Shown piece by piece: positions 1 through 9,608 of a DNA stretch of 32,000 bases. This stretch comes from Vibrio vulnificus CMCP6 (GTDB lineage Bacteria; Pseudomonadota; Gammaproteobacteria; Enterobacterales; Vibrionaceae): contig NC_004459.3 of NCBI RefSeq assembly GCF_000039765.1, positions 180,001 through 212,000 of the forward strand, written 5' to 3'. Positions within the stretch are counted from its first letter, which is position 1. Each line of letters opens with the position of its first letter. The notes under the pieces were generated by a model. That model had not been told where the DNA came from and did no database searches. It saw only the letters and a program-made list of their open reading frames with translations. The translations under genes and the position numbers were made by a program.

Positions 1-623
<623 letters not shown>

Positions 624-678
624 TTATACCGAAGCTCACTGCCTACTGGGCTATGCCCCACGGTAAGTTTCGGTATAA
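624..678 (-). repeat. near-perfect inverted repeat / hairpin in adk upstream leader
   Basis: TTATACCGAA (624-633) pairs perfectly with TTCGGTATAA (669-678). Pairing continues inward with G-U wobbles (GCTCAC / GTAAGT), plus an inner TGGG...CCCA stem. Confidence 0.75.
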
Positions 679-859
679 GTGTTCTTCAAATTGACAATAA
701 AACAGGCGTGCACATTACACGCCCGATGATTTTGTTTCAAGTCGGCATTCTAACACACTATTTCTCGTTCTAGAGTCAGTTAAGACTAAAGAATGTTCAA
801 GCTCTCACAAATCGCTTTGGAAACCATCATTTTTTTGCATGTTGAATGCCGATACATAC

Positions 860-885
860 AAAAAGCCCGCAAATGCGAGCTTTTT
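860..885 (-). terminator. rho-independent terminator of htpG
   Basis: Minus strand reads AAAAGCTCGCATTTGCGGGCTTTTTG, just downstream of the htpG stop. Confidence 0.85.
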
Positions 886-901
886 GGTGATTTTAGCCTT
901 A

Positions 902-2812
902 TTAGCCCTTAGTCAAAAGCGAGTTAATGGCCGTTAAGAACTGGCTAGGATCTTCCATTGAGCCACGCTCTGCAAGCATTGCTTGACCCAGTAATACCTC
1001 TACCCAGCGGCCAAACGCTTCTTCATCCGTCTCATCCGCCATTTGCTTAACAAGCGTATGATTTGGGTTGATCTCAAAAATGTACTTCACTTCAGGAACA
1101 GCCTGCCCTGCTGCCGCCAGTAGCTTCGCCATCTGTGTGCCCATTTCGAAATCATCGGTCACCACCACCGCTGGGGTATTCGCTAGCTTAAAGGTGGTAC
1201 GCACCTCTTTCACACGATCACCCAAGTAGCTCTTGGTGCGCTCAACCACGGACTGGAACTCTTGTTCCGTTTCTTTCTGCTTCTCTTTCTCTTGCTCATC
1301 TTCAAATTGGCTAAGATCAAGGCCCGCTTTCGTGATTGACTGGAACTGCTTACCATCAAACTCTGTTAGGTAGTTCATCAACCATTCGTCAATACGGTCA
1401 AACATTAAGATAACTTCAAGACCTTTGGCTTTAAACTGCTCTAGGTGAGGGCTGTTTTTCGCTGCCGCATAGCTGTCTGCTGTGAGGTAGTAGATCTTGT
1501 CTTGGCCTTCTTTCATGCGCTCAACATAAGACTCAAGAGAAACGGTCTGCTCTGCAGAGTCCACTTCTGTCGAGGCAAAGCGTAACAACGACGCCACTTT
1601 CTCGCGGTTGGCGTAATCTTCGGCTGGACCCTCCTTCATCACCAAACCAAATTCTTTCCAGAAAGTTTGGTATTTATCTGTGTCATTTTTCGCCAAGCGC
1701 TCGAGCATGGTTAAAACACGTTTAGTGCACGCACCGCGTAGCGATTGAGTCACCTTGTTGTCTTGCAAGATCTCGCGAGAGACGTTGAGCGGCAGATCGT
1801 TGGAGTCAATCAAACCGCGGACAAAACGCAAGTAAGATGGCATAAATTGCTCAGCGTCATCCATGATGAAAACGCGCTGAACATAGAGTTTAAGACCAGA
1901 TTTATGGTCACGGTTCATCATATCCCAAGGCGCTTTCGATGGAATATAAAGGAGGCTGGTATAGTCGTTTTTGCCTTCTACTCGGTTGTGACTCCAAAGT
2001 AATGGGTCAGCAAAATCGTGAGAGACATGCTTGTAAAACTCTTGATACTCTTCGTCTGAGATATCGGATTTATTGCGCGTCCAAAGTGCTTGGGCTTTAT
2101 TGATTTGCTCCCACTTCACTTCTTCTGTTTCTTTGCCTTCTTCATCGCGAACACGGGTTTGAATAGAAACAGGAATGCCAATGTGATCGGAATACTTACC
2201 AATCACATCACGTAAACGCCATTCGTTGAGGAACTCTTTGCCGTCTTCACGCATGTGCAGAATAATATCAGTACCACGTGATTCTTTGGTAATGTCTTCA
2301 ACGGTGTATTCACCTTCACCTGCAGAATGCCAAAGTACCGCTTGGTCTGCGCTAAGACCCGCCGCTCGAGTTCGTACCGTCACTGCATCAGCCACAATGA
2401 AGGCTGAATAGAAACCAACACCAAACTGACCAATCAGCTGAGAATCTTTTGATTGCTCTTGAGATAGTTTAGAGAAAAACTCCGCCGTACCAGATTTGGC
2501 AATGGTGCCCAAATGCGAAATCACCTCTTCGCGGCTCATACCAATCCCGTTATCGGAAATCGTCAGCGTGTTATGTTCTTCGTTAAAAGAAAGCTTCACG
2601 CCCAATTCTGCATCATTTTCATAAAGAGCAGGATTGGACAACGCTTGAAAACGCAGTTTATCGGCTGCGTCGGAGGCGTTGGAGATCAACTCACGTAGGA
2701 AGATTTCTTTATTGGAATACAGTGAGTGGATCATCAGATGGAGAAGTTGTTTTACCTCTGACTGAAAGCCACGAGTTTCTTTGTTATTTGCTACTGTCTC
2801 GTTCATTTTCAC
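902..2812 (-). CDS. htpG: molecular chaperone HtpG (Hsp90 family)
   Basis: 636 aa ORF with [44 protein letters not shown] and SDNGIGM; adjacency to adk is conserved in gammaproteobacteria. Confidence 0.99.
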   Translation of the reverse strand: MKMNETVANNKETRGFQSEVKQLLHLMIHSLYSNKEIFLRELISNASDAADKLRFQALSNPALYENDAELGVKLSFNEEHNTLTISDNGIGMSREEVISHLGTIAKSGTAEFFSKLSQEQSKDSQLIGQFGVGFYSAFIVADAVTVRTRAAGLSADQAVLWHSAGEGEYTVEDITKESRGTDIILHMREDGKEFLNEWRLRDVIGKYSDHIGIPVSIQTRVRDEEGKETEEVKWEQINKAQALWTRNKSDISDEEYQEFYKHVSHDFADPLLWSHNRVEGKNDYTSLLYIPSKAPWDMMNRDHKSGLKLYVQRVFIMDDAEQFMPSYLRFVRGLIDSNDLPLNVSREILQDNKVTQSLRGACTKRVLTMLERLAKNDTDKYQTFWKEFGLVMKEGPAEDYANREKVASLLRFASTEVDSAEQTVSLESYVERMKEGQDKIYYLTADSYAAAKNSPHLEQFKAKGLEVILMFDRIDEWLMNYLTEFDGKQFQSITKAGLDLSQFEDEQEKEKQKETEQEFQSVVERTKSYLGDRVKEVRTTFKLANTPAVVVTDDFEMGTQMAKLLAAAGQAVPEVKYIFEINPNHTLVKQMADETDEEAFGRWVEVLLGQAMLAERGSMEDPSQFLTAINSLLTKG

Positions 2813-2859
2813 TCCAAAGTTCTCTAATTGGGTGGGAAATCAATCGCTTGTTACGTAAC

Positions 2860-2885
2860 ATATGGCTGACAAATGTAAATTCAAG
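2860..2885 (-). promoter_or_regulatory. candidate sigma32 heat-shock promoter of htpG
   Basis: Minus strand CTTGAA-TTTACATTTGTC-AGCCATAT resembles CTTGAAA-N11-14-CCCCATNT, about 50 nt upstream of the htpG ATG. Confidence 0.7.
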
Positions 2886-3038
2886 GTCAATTGTGGTAAA
2901 AACGCTGTTTTTTTAGATAAATTTAATTATCCTATTGAGCTAAATACATCTAAAGAAGCATAAGAGATGTTGGTCTAAGCGCTTGTTGCGCAAATAAGCA
3001 CCAAAAAACGCTGAATCATCGATATAAAGAAGAACCTC

Positions 3039-3911
3039 ATGAGTAATATCGGCACTAAGTTTGTAATCGCACAGCGATTTGTTTTCGATCCTAACAGCAA
3101 CACATTACTTGATCAGGCTGTCAACAATGAAGTGACTCGATTAGGTAGCAATGAAAGTCGAATTTTACTTCTGTTATCAGAAAAACCTAACGAGGTATTA
3201 ACTCGTAACGAGTTGCATGAGTTTGTTTGGCGCGAACAAGGTTTCGAAGTCGATGATTCCAGCCTAACTCAAGCGATTTCTACCTTACGCAAAATGCTCA
3301 AAGACTCTACAAAGTCCCCTGAGTTTGTGAAAACGGTTCCAAAACGTGGTTATCAGTTGATCTGTTCGGTTGAGCGCATTAACCCGCTCCTGTCAGATTC
3401 AACCAACAACGTGAATGACGCAGCTTCTGAAGCATTAGATCAAGAAGAATTAGAAAACGAAATCAGTACTGACGCGGTTCAAACATCCTCGTCAGAAATT
3501 GGTAGAGATGTCGCGCATAATGCTGGCACGTCAACAAAGATGGCCGCGTCACAAAAAAATTGGCTAATTAAAGGGCTATTCTTGTTAGCCGCACTGCTGC
3601 CACTTTGCGTTGTCTTGCTCACCAATCCGTCGGAGTCTAAGTTCCGTTTACTGGAAAATGTCAATGGTGTGGAAGTGCTCACTCCACTGAATCATCCACC
3701 ATTACAAGCTTGGATGCCTTCTATTAGGCAGTGTGTTAATAAGTATGCAGAAACGCATACTGGCGATTCTGCTCCAGTAAAAGTGATCGCGACAGGTGGC
3801 CAGGGTAATCAGTTGATCCTCAATTACATCCACACACTTCCACATTCAAACGAGAACGTGACGCTGAGAATTTTCTCAGAACAAAACGATCTTGGCTCTA
3901 TCTGTAAATAA
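3039..3911 (+). CDS. toxR: transmembrane transcriptional regulator ToxR
   Basis: N-terminal OmpR-type winged helix (LTRNELHEFVWREQGFEVDDSSLTQAISTLRKMLKD...KTVPKRGYQLI), single TM segment (WLIKGLFLLAALLPLCVVLL), periplasmic domain; followed by toxS. Confidence 0.97.
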   Translation: MSNIGTKFVIAQRFVFDPNSNTLLDQAVNNEVTRLGSNESRILLLLSEKPNEVLTRNELHEFVWREQGFEVDDSSLTQAISTLRKMLKDSTKSPEFVKTVPKRGYQLICSVERINPLLSDSTNNVNDAASEALDQEELENEISTDAVQTSSSEIGRDVAHNAGTSTKMAASQKNWLIKGLFLLAALLPLCVVLLTNPSESKFRLLENVNGVEVLTPLNHPPLQAWMPSIRQCVNKYAETHTGDSAPVKVIATGGQGNQLILNYIHTLPHSNENVTLRIFSEQNDLGSICK

Positions 3912-3923
3912 ATGAGGTGCACA

Positions 3924-4442
3924 ATGAAACTTCGAATTGCTTCTGTTGTTTTGGCTGCATCGGCTGTGTTTAGTGGGTGGCTTTATTGGGGTAGCGACCT
4001 CAAAGTTGAGCAGGTTTTGACTTCCAAAGAGTGGCAGTCCTATATGGTGACGGTCATCACGGATGATCTGCAAAATGAAGGTTCCGTCGGACCGCTGCGC
4101 AAAGTCACTTTAACGTCGAACGTTAAGTATCTGCCCAATGGCAATTACGTGCGCGTTTCGGTGTTGAAGCTTTACTCAAATGAGTCCTCTCAAGAGGTAG
4201 TGATCAACATTTCTGAATCAGGCACTTGGGACGTCAGCGACAATTATCTGCTGGTGACGGCAAAAGAGTTTAAAGACATCTCTTCTTCGCAATCAAAAGA
4301 TTTCAGTGATGCCCAACTCAAACTCATCACGAAAGTGTTCAAAATGGATGCACAACAAAGCCGTCGCATCGACATCGTCAATGACCAAACATTATTGCTG
4401 ACCAGCCTAAACCACGGCTCATCAGTACTGTTTTCCAACTGA
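3924..4442 (+). CDS. toxS: ToxR-associated transmembrane protein ToxS
   Basis: Downstream of toxR. ATG at 3924 preceded by GAGGTG gives MKLRIASVVLAASAVFSGWLYWGSDLKVEQVLTSKEWQS; the ORF track start at 3912 is probably upstream of the true start. Confidence 0.95.
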   Translation: MKLRIASVVLAASAVFSGWLYWGSDLKVEQVLTSKEWQSYMVTVITDDLQNEGSVGPLRKVTLTSNVKYLPNGNYVRVSVLKLYSNESSQEVVINISESGTWDVSDNYLLVTAKEFKDISSSQSKDFSDAQLKLITKVFKMDAQQSRRIDIVNDQTLLLTSLNHGSSVLFSN

Positions 4443-4462
4443 CGATCGTTTAGTCATCGAAT

Positions 4463-4484
4463 AAGGGAGCGGGATGCTCCCTTT
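4463..4484 (+). terminator. probable toxRS terminator
   Basis: AAGGGAGC-GGGAT-GCTCCCTTT hairpin with a short T tail after the toxS stop. Confidence 0.65.
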
Positions 4485-4493
4485 GGTGTATAT

Positions 4494-5249
4494 ATGGATT
4501 GGATTTCAACACTGTTTCTCTTCTTCGGCTCTCTAATTGCCAACACACTCGCCTCTCTTGCTGGCGGAGGTGCAGGTTTGCTGCAATTTCCTCTGCTCAT
4601 TTTTCTTGGCTTGCCATTTGGTGTGGCGCTAGCGACCCACAAACTGGCCAGTGTTGCCTTAGGGGTTGGTGCCGCCTATAGCCACTTTCGTTCAGGTAAA
4701 ATTCCACTATCGGTGGCTGCCTATTTGGTTTTCACCGGCAGCATTGGCGTTGTGATTGGCGCTCACTTAGTGTTAATGATCCCAAGCGACATTGCAGAAA
4801 TACTGTTGGGTACGATGATCCTTGCTCTGGGTATTTACTCGCGTTTCAAAAAGCAATTAGGTCAACACGAGCAACCTCGTAATAGGCATCTTCAAGGTTG
4901 GCTATTCGGAGGCATTGGCCTGATGCTCATCGGGGTGATCAATGGCTCGTTGACTGCGAGCTCTGGCTTATTAGTGACCTTGTTTTTGGTCCGTTGGTTT
5001 GGTTACGATTACAAGCAAGCCGTTGCTCTTACGCTAATATGCGTCGGTTTCTTTTGGAACGGTATTGGTGGTATTGCAGTAGTGCAAGCTGGCGCACCTG
5101 TTCATTGGCCTTGGCTACCCATTCTTCTCGCAAGCTCTTTTTTGGGTGGCGCACTTGGCGCATGGATGACGAATCGCTACAGTAATCGAACGGTAAAAAT
5201 TGCCTTTGAATTGCTGACTTTTGCCGTTGGGCTCAAATTGTTATTTTAA
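4494..5249 (+). CDS. TauE/SafE family sulfite exporter-like membrane protein
   Basis: Glycine-rich hydrophobic ORF: NTLASLAGGGAGLLQFPLLIFLGLPFGVALATHKLASVALG...VLMIPSDIAEILLGTMILALGIYSRFKKQ...TASSGLLVTLFLVRWFGYDYKQAVALT. Confidence 0.88.
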   Translation: MDWISTLFLFFGSLIANTLASLAGGGAGLLQFPLLIFLGLPFGVALATHKLASVALGVGAAYSHFRSGKIPLSVAAYLVFTGSIGVVIGAHLVLMIPSDIAEILLGTMILALGIYSRFKKQLGQHEQPRNRHLQGWLFGGIGLMLIGVINGSLTASSGLLVTLFLVRWFGYDYKQAVALTLICVGFFWNGIGGIAVVQAGAPVHWPWLPILLASSFLGGALGAWMTNRYSNRTVKIAFELLTFAVGLKLLF

Positions 5250-5252
5250 GGA

Positions 5253-5537
5253 TTGACGATGCTCAAAGCGAAAATTGAGATCTATTACTGCCGCCAGTGT
5301 AACTGGATGCTTCGCTCGACTTGGTTGAGCCAAGAGTTATTGCATACATTCAGTGAGGAGATTGCCTCTATTACCCTCTATCCCGATACTGGTGGGCGTT
5401 TTGAGATCCACTGCAACGATGAGCTGATTTGGGAGAGAAAGCGAGATGGTGGTTTTCCTGAAGCAAAAGAGCTCAAACAAAGAGTCCGCGATATCATCGC
5501 CCCCGAAAGGGATCTTGGTCACGTTGACAAAAAATAA
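5253..5537 (+). CDS. SelT/SelW/SelH-family protein, cysteine (CxxC) form
   Basis: Short ORF IEIYYCRQCNWMLRSTWLSQELL...ITLYPDTGGRFEIHCNDELIWERKRDGGFPEAKELKQRVRD, matching the Rdx/SelW family pattern with C-x-x-C and GGxFEI. Confidence 0.88.
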   Translation: MTMLKAKIEIYYCRQCNWMLRSTWLSQELLHTFSEEIASITLYPDTGGRFEIHCNDELIWERKRDGGFPEAKELKQRVRDIIAPERDLGHVDKK

Positions 5538-5558
5538 GGCAGTGGTGACTGCCTTATT
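5533..5558. terminator. bidirectional terminator between convergent genes
   Basis: AATAAGGCAGT-GGTG-ACTGCCTTATT with A-rich left and T-rich right flanks. Confidence 0.75.
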
Positions 5559-5572
5559 TGACGTGCTGGATT

Positions 5573-6130
5573 TTAGCCACCAATTTGGCAGGAGTGTAAC
5601 AGCTCACCTTGTAATGAAATGACGGACAAGGTGCCATTTTCAAAGAGGCCATAGCTAGCCAGTTGATTTTCCCGAGGAAAAGTCACAGAGCCCGGATTAA
5701 AAACGACGATCTCCCCTTGCGGCTCCGCTAGCGCTACATGGCTATGCCCATGCGCCAAAATATCCCCGGCTTTCAACGCAGGTTGTTGTTTGGCATTGTA
5801 CAGATGACCATGAGTGAGAAAGAGTCGAGCGCCTGATTCAAGCAATACCCAACTGTAATCCATCATCATTGGAAAAGAGAGCAACATCTGATCCACTTCA
5901 CTATCGCAATTGCCTCTGACCGCGATAATTTGGTTGGCGTACTGATTTAATTTCTCAGCCACTTGAGGTGGATTATAAGACGAAGGAACAGGGTTCCTTG
6001 GTCCATGATTGAGTATGTCCCCCAGTAAAATGAGGTGATCCGCTCCTGATTGTTCAAATAACGCCAATGTTTGCTCTGTCGCCTCTAGGCTGCCATGCAA
6101 ATCCGAAGCAAAAAATAATTTCACAAGCAC
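5573..6130 (-). CDS. yfcE: YfcE-family metallophosphodiesterase
   Basis: Calcineurin-like motifs FASDLHGS, ILLGDILNHGPRNP, VRGNCDSEVDQ, LTHGHLY, LAHGHSHVA, FNPGSVTFPR. Confidence 0.95.
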   Translation of the reverse strand: MLVKLFFASDLHGSLEATEQTLALFEQSGADHLILLGDILNHGPRNPVPSSYNPPQVAEKLNQYANQIIAVRGNCDSEVDQMLLSFPMMMDYSWVLLESGARLFLTHGHLYNAKQQPALKAGDILAHGHSHVALAEPQGEIVVFNPGSVTFPRENQLASYGLFENGTLSVISLQGELLHSCQIGG

Positions 6131-6170
6131 TTCCCCCTAAAAATACTAGGGTATTCTAACGCTGCAAAGA

Positions 6171-6578
6171 CTACTCGTCATCCCGAGCCATGGCATTGAT
6201 CACAATATTGTTGTAGCTGACCATACCAATCACTTCACCATTCTCAATCACTGGTGCTCGGCTAATGCCAAAACGCTCAAACAAACGTGCGCAGTATTTT
6301 ACGTTCATATCCGGCGAAACACACAACGCAGGCTTGGTCATGATTTCATAAATATTGGTGCGATTGGGCGAGCGATTTTTTGCCAGAACTTTTTTGGCGA
6401 TATCGTTCATCAAAACGATACCGAATTCATCATCCTCGTGACGCTTATTCACCACCAGCGCTTTCACCTGATGTGCGCGTGCCAGTGTGATCCCTTGGTG
6501 CACCGTCGTAAGGCCATCCACCACGACAAAGGTGTTGGCCATTACGTCTCTCACTCGAATTTTATCATGGCTATTCAT
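6171..6578 (-). CDS. small protein with a CBS domain pair
   Basis: Two CBS-like repeats: RVRDVMANTFVVVDGLTTVHQGITLARAHQVKALVV... and NIYEIMTKPALCVSPDMNVKYCARLFERFGISRAPVIENGEVIGMVSYNNIV. Confidence 0.88.
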   Translation of the reverse strand: MNSHDKIRVRDVMANTFVVVDGLTTVHQGITLARAHQVKALVVNKRHEDDEFGIVLMNDIAKKVLAKNRSPNRTNIYEIMTKPALCVSPDMNVKYCARLFERFGISRAPVIENGEVIGMVSYNNIVINAMARDDE

Positions 6579-6931
6579 ATTTCATCCTCAACCACTTTGG
6601 TCAACTTGGCAACTTGATGCGCCACACCTACGGCATCTTCTATGTCGATTTGAATGGCGATTCCTTGCCCAGATTCGGTATCAAACTCCCCTACTTCACT
6701 GATGGTTTCCAATATATGTCGCGATAAGTGCTCCTCAACCACGAACAGTACGACATCTTTCTGCACTTCCAGCGTGAGGCCAAAAAAAGTGCGTTTTTGA
6801 TTCAAACCTTGACCGCGCGCGTTGTTAATCACGGTCGCTCCAGTAGCCCCCGCTTCTCGCGCAGCATCCAACACCACATCCGTTTTACTGTCTTCCACGA
6901 ATGCTAGAATCAATTTAAATCGCATCATCAT
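6575..6931 (-). CDS. P-II-like (GlnB/GlnK-fold) signalling protein
   Basis: [99 protein letters not shown], a P-II-like architecture with T-loop region and GxGIA. Confidence 0.85.
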   Translation of the reverse strand: MMMRFKLILAFVEDSKTDVVLDAAREAGATGATVINNARGQGLNQKRTFFGLTLEVQKDVVLFVVEEHLSRHILETISEVGEFDTESGQGIAIQIDIEDAVGVAHQVAKLTKVVEDEI

Positions 6932-7709
6932 CCTCCTGTGACGAATAGCGGCGATTGAACCACTGCGTTATTTGCGCGTAGCCCATCACAGATATCATCG
7001 GAAAAAGGCTGGCAAAAGCAATTAAGCCAAACCCATCAATTAATGGGCTTCTGCCAGGTACGGTTGAAGCAAGCCCAAGCCCTAGCGCGGCAACCAACGG
7101 CACTGTCACGGTGGATGTAGTCACACCACCAGAATCATAAGCTAAGGGGATAATCATTCTTGGGGCAAAGTAGGTTTGAATGACCACAATAATGTAGCCA
7201 GCAATAATGTAGTAATGGATGGGATCACCGACGACAATTCGGTAGCTGCCAAGGGCGATGCCCACTGCCACCCCAATGGCAACAGCCACGCGCAGCCCCG
7301 TTACGCCGATACTGCCGCCTGAAACTTGGTTAGCTTTGATGGCGACAGCAATAAGAGAAGGCTCTGCAATGGTAGTGCTAAAGCCGATAAAAAACGCAAA
7401 CAGATACACCCAGTAGTAATCCACCCATTGCAACTGCTGACCTAAACTGATTCGCACTGCTTGTAGAAATGCAGGCTCCGTCAGTTGTATCGCCATCGTC
7501 TCACCCAATGGAAAAAGTGCGAGATCCAAGCCAATCAAAAATAAGGCTAAACCAATGATCACGTAACCAAAACCAAGCAACACTTTCAATGGATTGGTAA
7601 TTGGCTTGCGTAAAATGGCAAATTGAAAGCCAAAAATGATCACCGCTATGGGGACAACATCCAATACGGTGGTGGTTAAAGTGTCGGTAAAGCGTTCGAA
7701 CTCAATCAT
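6915..7709 (-). CDS. DUF1538-type integral membrane protein
   Basis: Polytopic hydrophobic ORF with [64 protein letters not shown]; overlaps both neighbours. Confidence 0.85.
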   Translation of the reverse strand: MIEFERFTDTLTTTVLDVVPIAVIIFGFQFAILRKPITNPLKVLLGFGYVIIGLALFLIGLDLALFPLGETMAIQLTEPAFLQAVRISLGQQLQWVDYYWVYLFAFFIGFSTTIAEPSLIAVAIKANQVSGGSIGVTGLRVAVAIGVAVGIALGSYRIVVGDPIHYYIIAGYIIVVIQTYFAPRMIIPLAYDSGGVTTSTVTVPLVAALGLGLASTVPGRSPLIDGFGLIAFASLFPMISVMGYAQITQWFNRRYSSQEDDDAI

Positions 7710-8440
7710 GCCACCACCATGCCGTAGATCATGACGAACATCATGGGCAATAAGGAGGCAAACGCAATTAAGCCAAAACCATCAATCATCGGGTTTCGCC
7801 CCTTAATGGATGAAGCGAGCCCCACCCCCAACGCCGTCACAAGGGGAACAGTGATGGTCGACGTCGTGACGCCTCCCGAATCGTATGCGATGCCGATAAT
7901 GGTTTCCGGAGCAAACCCCGTCAGCACCACCACGCCAATGTAGCCACCAATAATCAAATAGTGAATCGGCCAACCTTTTAAGATGCGCAGTACGCCAAGT
8001 ACTATCGCAGCCCCAACTGACAACGCTACGGTTAAACGCAAGCCGTTGGCATACTCTTCCATAGAGTCTTCTGTATGGGCGATCATGCCGCCTTCCGCCG
8101 CGACTTCTGCCGCTTCATTGGCGACCGCGGTCAAGGCGGGCTCTGCGATCGTCGTACCAAAACCAAGACAAAACGCAAAAACCATCAACCAAAACACACT
8201 GCCTTTTCTCGCAAAAGCTTGCGCCATCGATTCACCAATGGGAAAGAGCCCCATTTCTAACCCAAAGATAAAAAAGGTCAAACCGAGGATCACAAGAACA
8301 AGACCAAAGCCGATGGACAAAATATTGGGTAATGGCTCTTTGAGTACAACGATTTGAAAGAAAACAATCACCACAACAATGGGCAACAAATCTCTCGCAC
8401 TTGCCGCAAACGCTTTAAGTAACGCTATGATTGCATTCAT
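7706..8440 (-). CDS. DUF1538-type integral membrane protein (paralogue)
   Basis: Polytopic ORF with [15 protein letters not shown] and [49 protein letters not shown]; clearly paralogous to 6915..7709. Confidence 0.85.
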   Translation of the reverse strand: MNAIIALLKAFAASARDLLPIVVVIVFFQIVVLKEPLPNILSIGFGLVLVILGLTFFIFGLEMGLFPIGESMAQAFARKGSVFWLMVFAFCLGFGTTIAEPALTAVANEAAEVAAEGGMIAHTEDSMEEYANGLRLTVALSVGAAIVLGVLRILKGWPIHYLIIGGYIGVVVLTGFAPETIIGIAYDSGGVTTSTITVPLVTALGVGLASSIKGRNPMIDGFGLIAFASLLPMMFVMIYGMVVA

Positions 8441-8641
8441 CCGCTGTCCTTAGTGTGATTGTCCTTGTTGTAATCATTGCAGAGTTTTTTTCGTTGCGAT
8501 GTGATTCGTGTGAAAAGCACAGTAATAATTGGTTACATTTTGACAGGAATGTGACCTTACTCAGAAACAAGGGCAAGATGAACCATTGAACTATCATAGG
8601 GTTGGCTGCGTACTTATCTGTGCCATATACTAAATGCAGGT

Positions 8642-9568
8642 ATGGAGGCGTGCATGAAAATACTATTGACTGGTGGAACAGGTTTTATCGGTTCGGAACT
8701 GCTGAAAACTTTGTCTTCTCATCAGATCCTACTGCTCACTCGTAACATCGAAGCGGCAAAGAATAGTCTGAGTTTTGCAGACTTAGGCAACATTCAATAT
8801 CTTGATGACCTCTCTTCTCTGCAAGATTTGAACGATATCGATGCCGTGATTAATTTGGCTGGCGAACCTATCGCCGACAAACGCTGGAGTGCAGCGCAGA
8901 AAAAAGCCATCTGCGACAGTCGATGGCAAATGACCGAAGCTTTGGTCGAGCTGATTCACGCCAGTGCTAAACCCCCAGCCGTTTTTATCAGCGGATCGGC
9001 GGTAGGTTACTATGGCGATCAACAAGCTCATCCATTTGATGAGTGTTTGCACGTTCACAGCGCCGGATTTACTCATACGGTTTGCGCTCATTGGGAGCAA
9101 ATTGCTAAGCGGGCGCAATCAGACCTGACGCGTGTTTGCTTATTGCGCACTGGCGTGGTTCTAGCCCCTCACGGGGGGGCACTCAAAAAAATGTTAATGC
9201 CCTACCAATTTGGCTTAGGCGGCCCTATTGGCAGTGGCAAGCAATACCTACCTTGGATACACCTGCAAGATATGGTGAGAGCGATTGTTTTTCTTCTCGA
9301 AACACCTCACGCTCAAGGTGAATACAACGTCTGTGCACCGCATCCGGTAAGCAATAAAGAGTTTAGCCGCGCCTTGGCCAAATCCCTTCATCGTCCTCAT
9401 GTTCTCTGGACGCCCAAGTGGGTGATGAAACTCATGATGGGAGAATCGTCTTGCCTGCTATTTGATAGCATTCGTGCCAAGCCAAAACGCTTGACCGAAC
9501 TTGGCTTTACGTTCCACTTTTCTCGAATTGAACCCGCTTTAAATCACTTATTGAAAGCCAAACACTGA
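8642..9568 (+). CDS. yfcH: TIGR01777-family NAD-dependent epimerase/dehydratase (YfcH-like)
   Basis: MKILLTGGTGFIGSELLKTLSSHQILLLTR...DAVINLAGEPIADKRWSAAQKKAICDSR...VFISGSAVGYYGDQ. The biological start is probably the ATG at 8654 (MKILLTGG). Confidence 0.93.
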   Translation: MEACMKILLTGGTGFIGSELLKTLSSHQILLLTRNIEAAKNSLSFADLGNIQYLDDLSSLQDLNDIDAVINLAGEPIADKRWSAAQKKAICDSRWQMTEALVELIHASAKPPAVFISGSAVGYYGDQQAHPFDECLHVHSAGFTHTVCAHWEQIAKRAQSDLTRVCLLRTGVVLAPHGGALKKMLMPYQFGLGGPIGSGKQYLPWIHLQDMVRAIVFLLETPHAQGEYNVCAPHPVSNKEFSRALAKSLHRPHVLWTPKWVMKLMMGESSCLLFDSIRAKPKRLTELGFTFHFSRIEPALNHLLKAKH

Positions 9569-9608
9569 CTCTCAAGCGGTTAACATCGAATTTATTTAAG
9601 GACTAATC

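Noticed and set aside
7983-8357. Plus-strand 124-aa ORF opposite the upstream DUF1538-type gene
   Set aside because: Shadow ORF of a GC-richer membrane protein gene; the opposite frame has a coherent TM pattern and paralogy.
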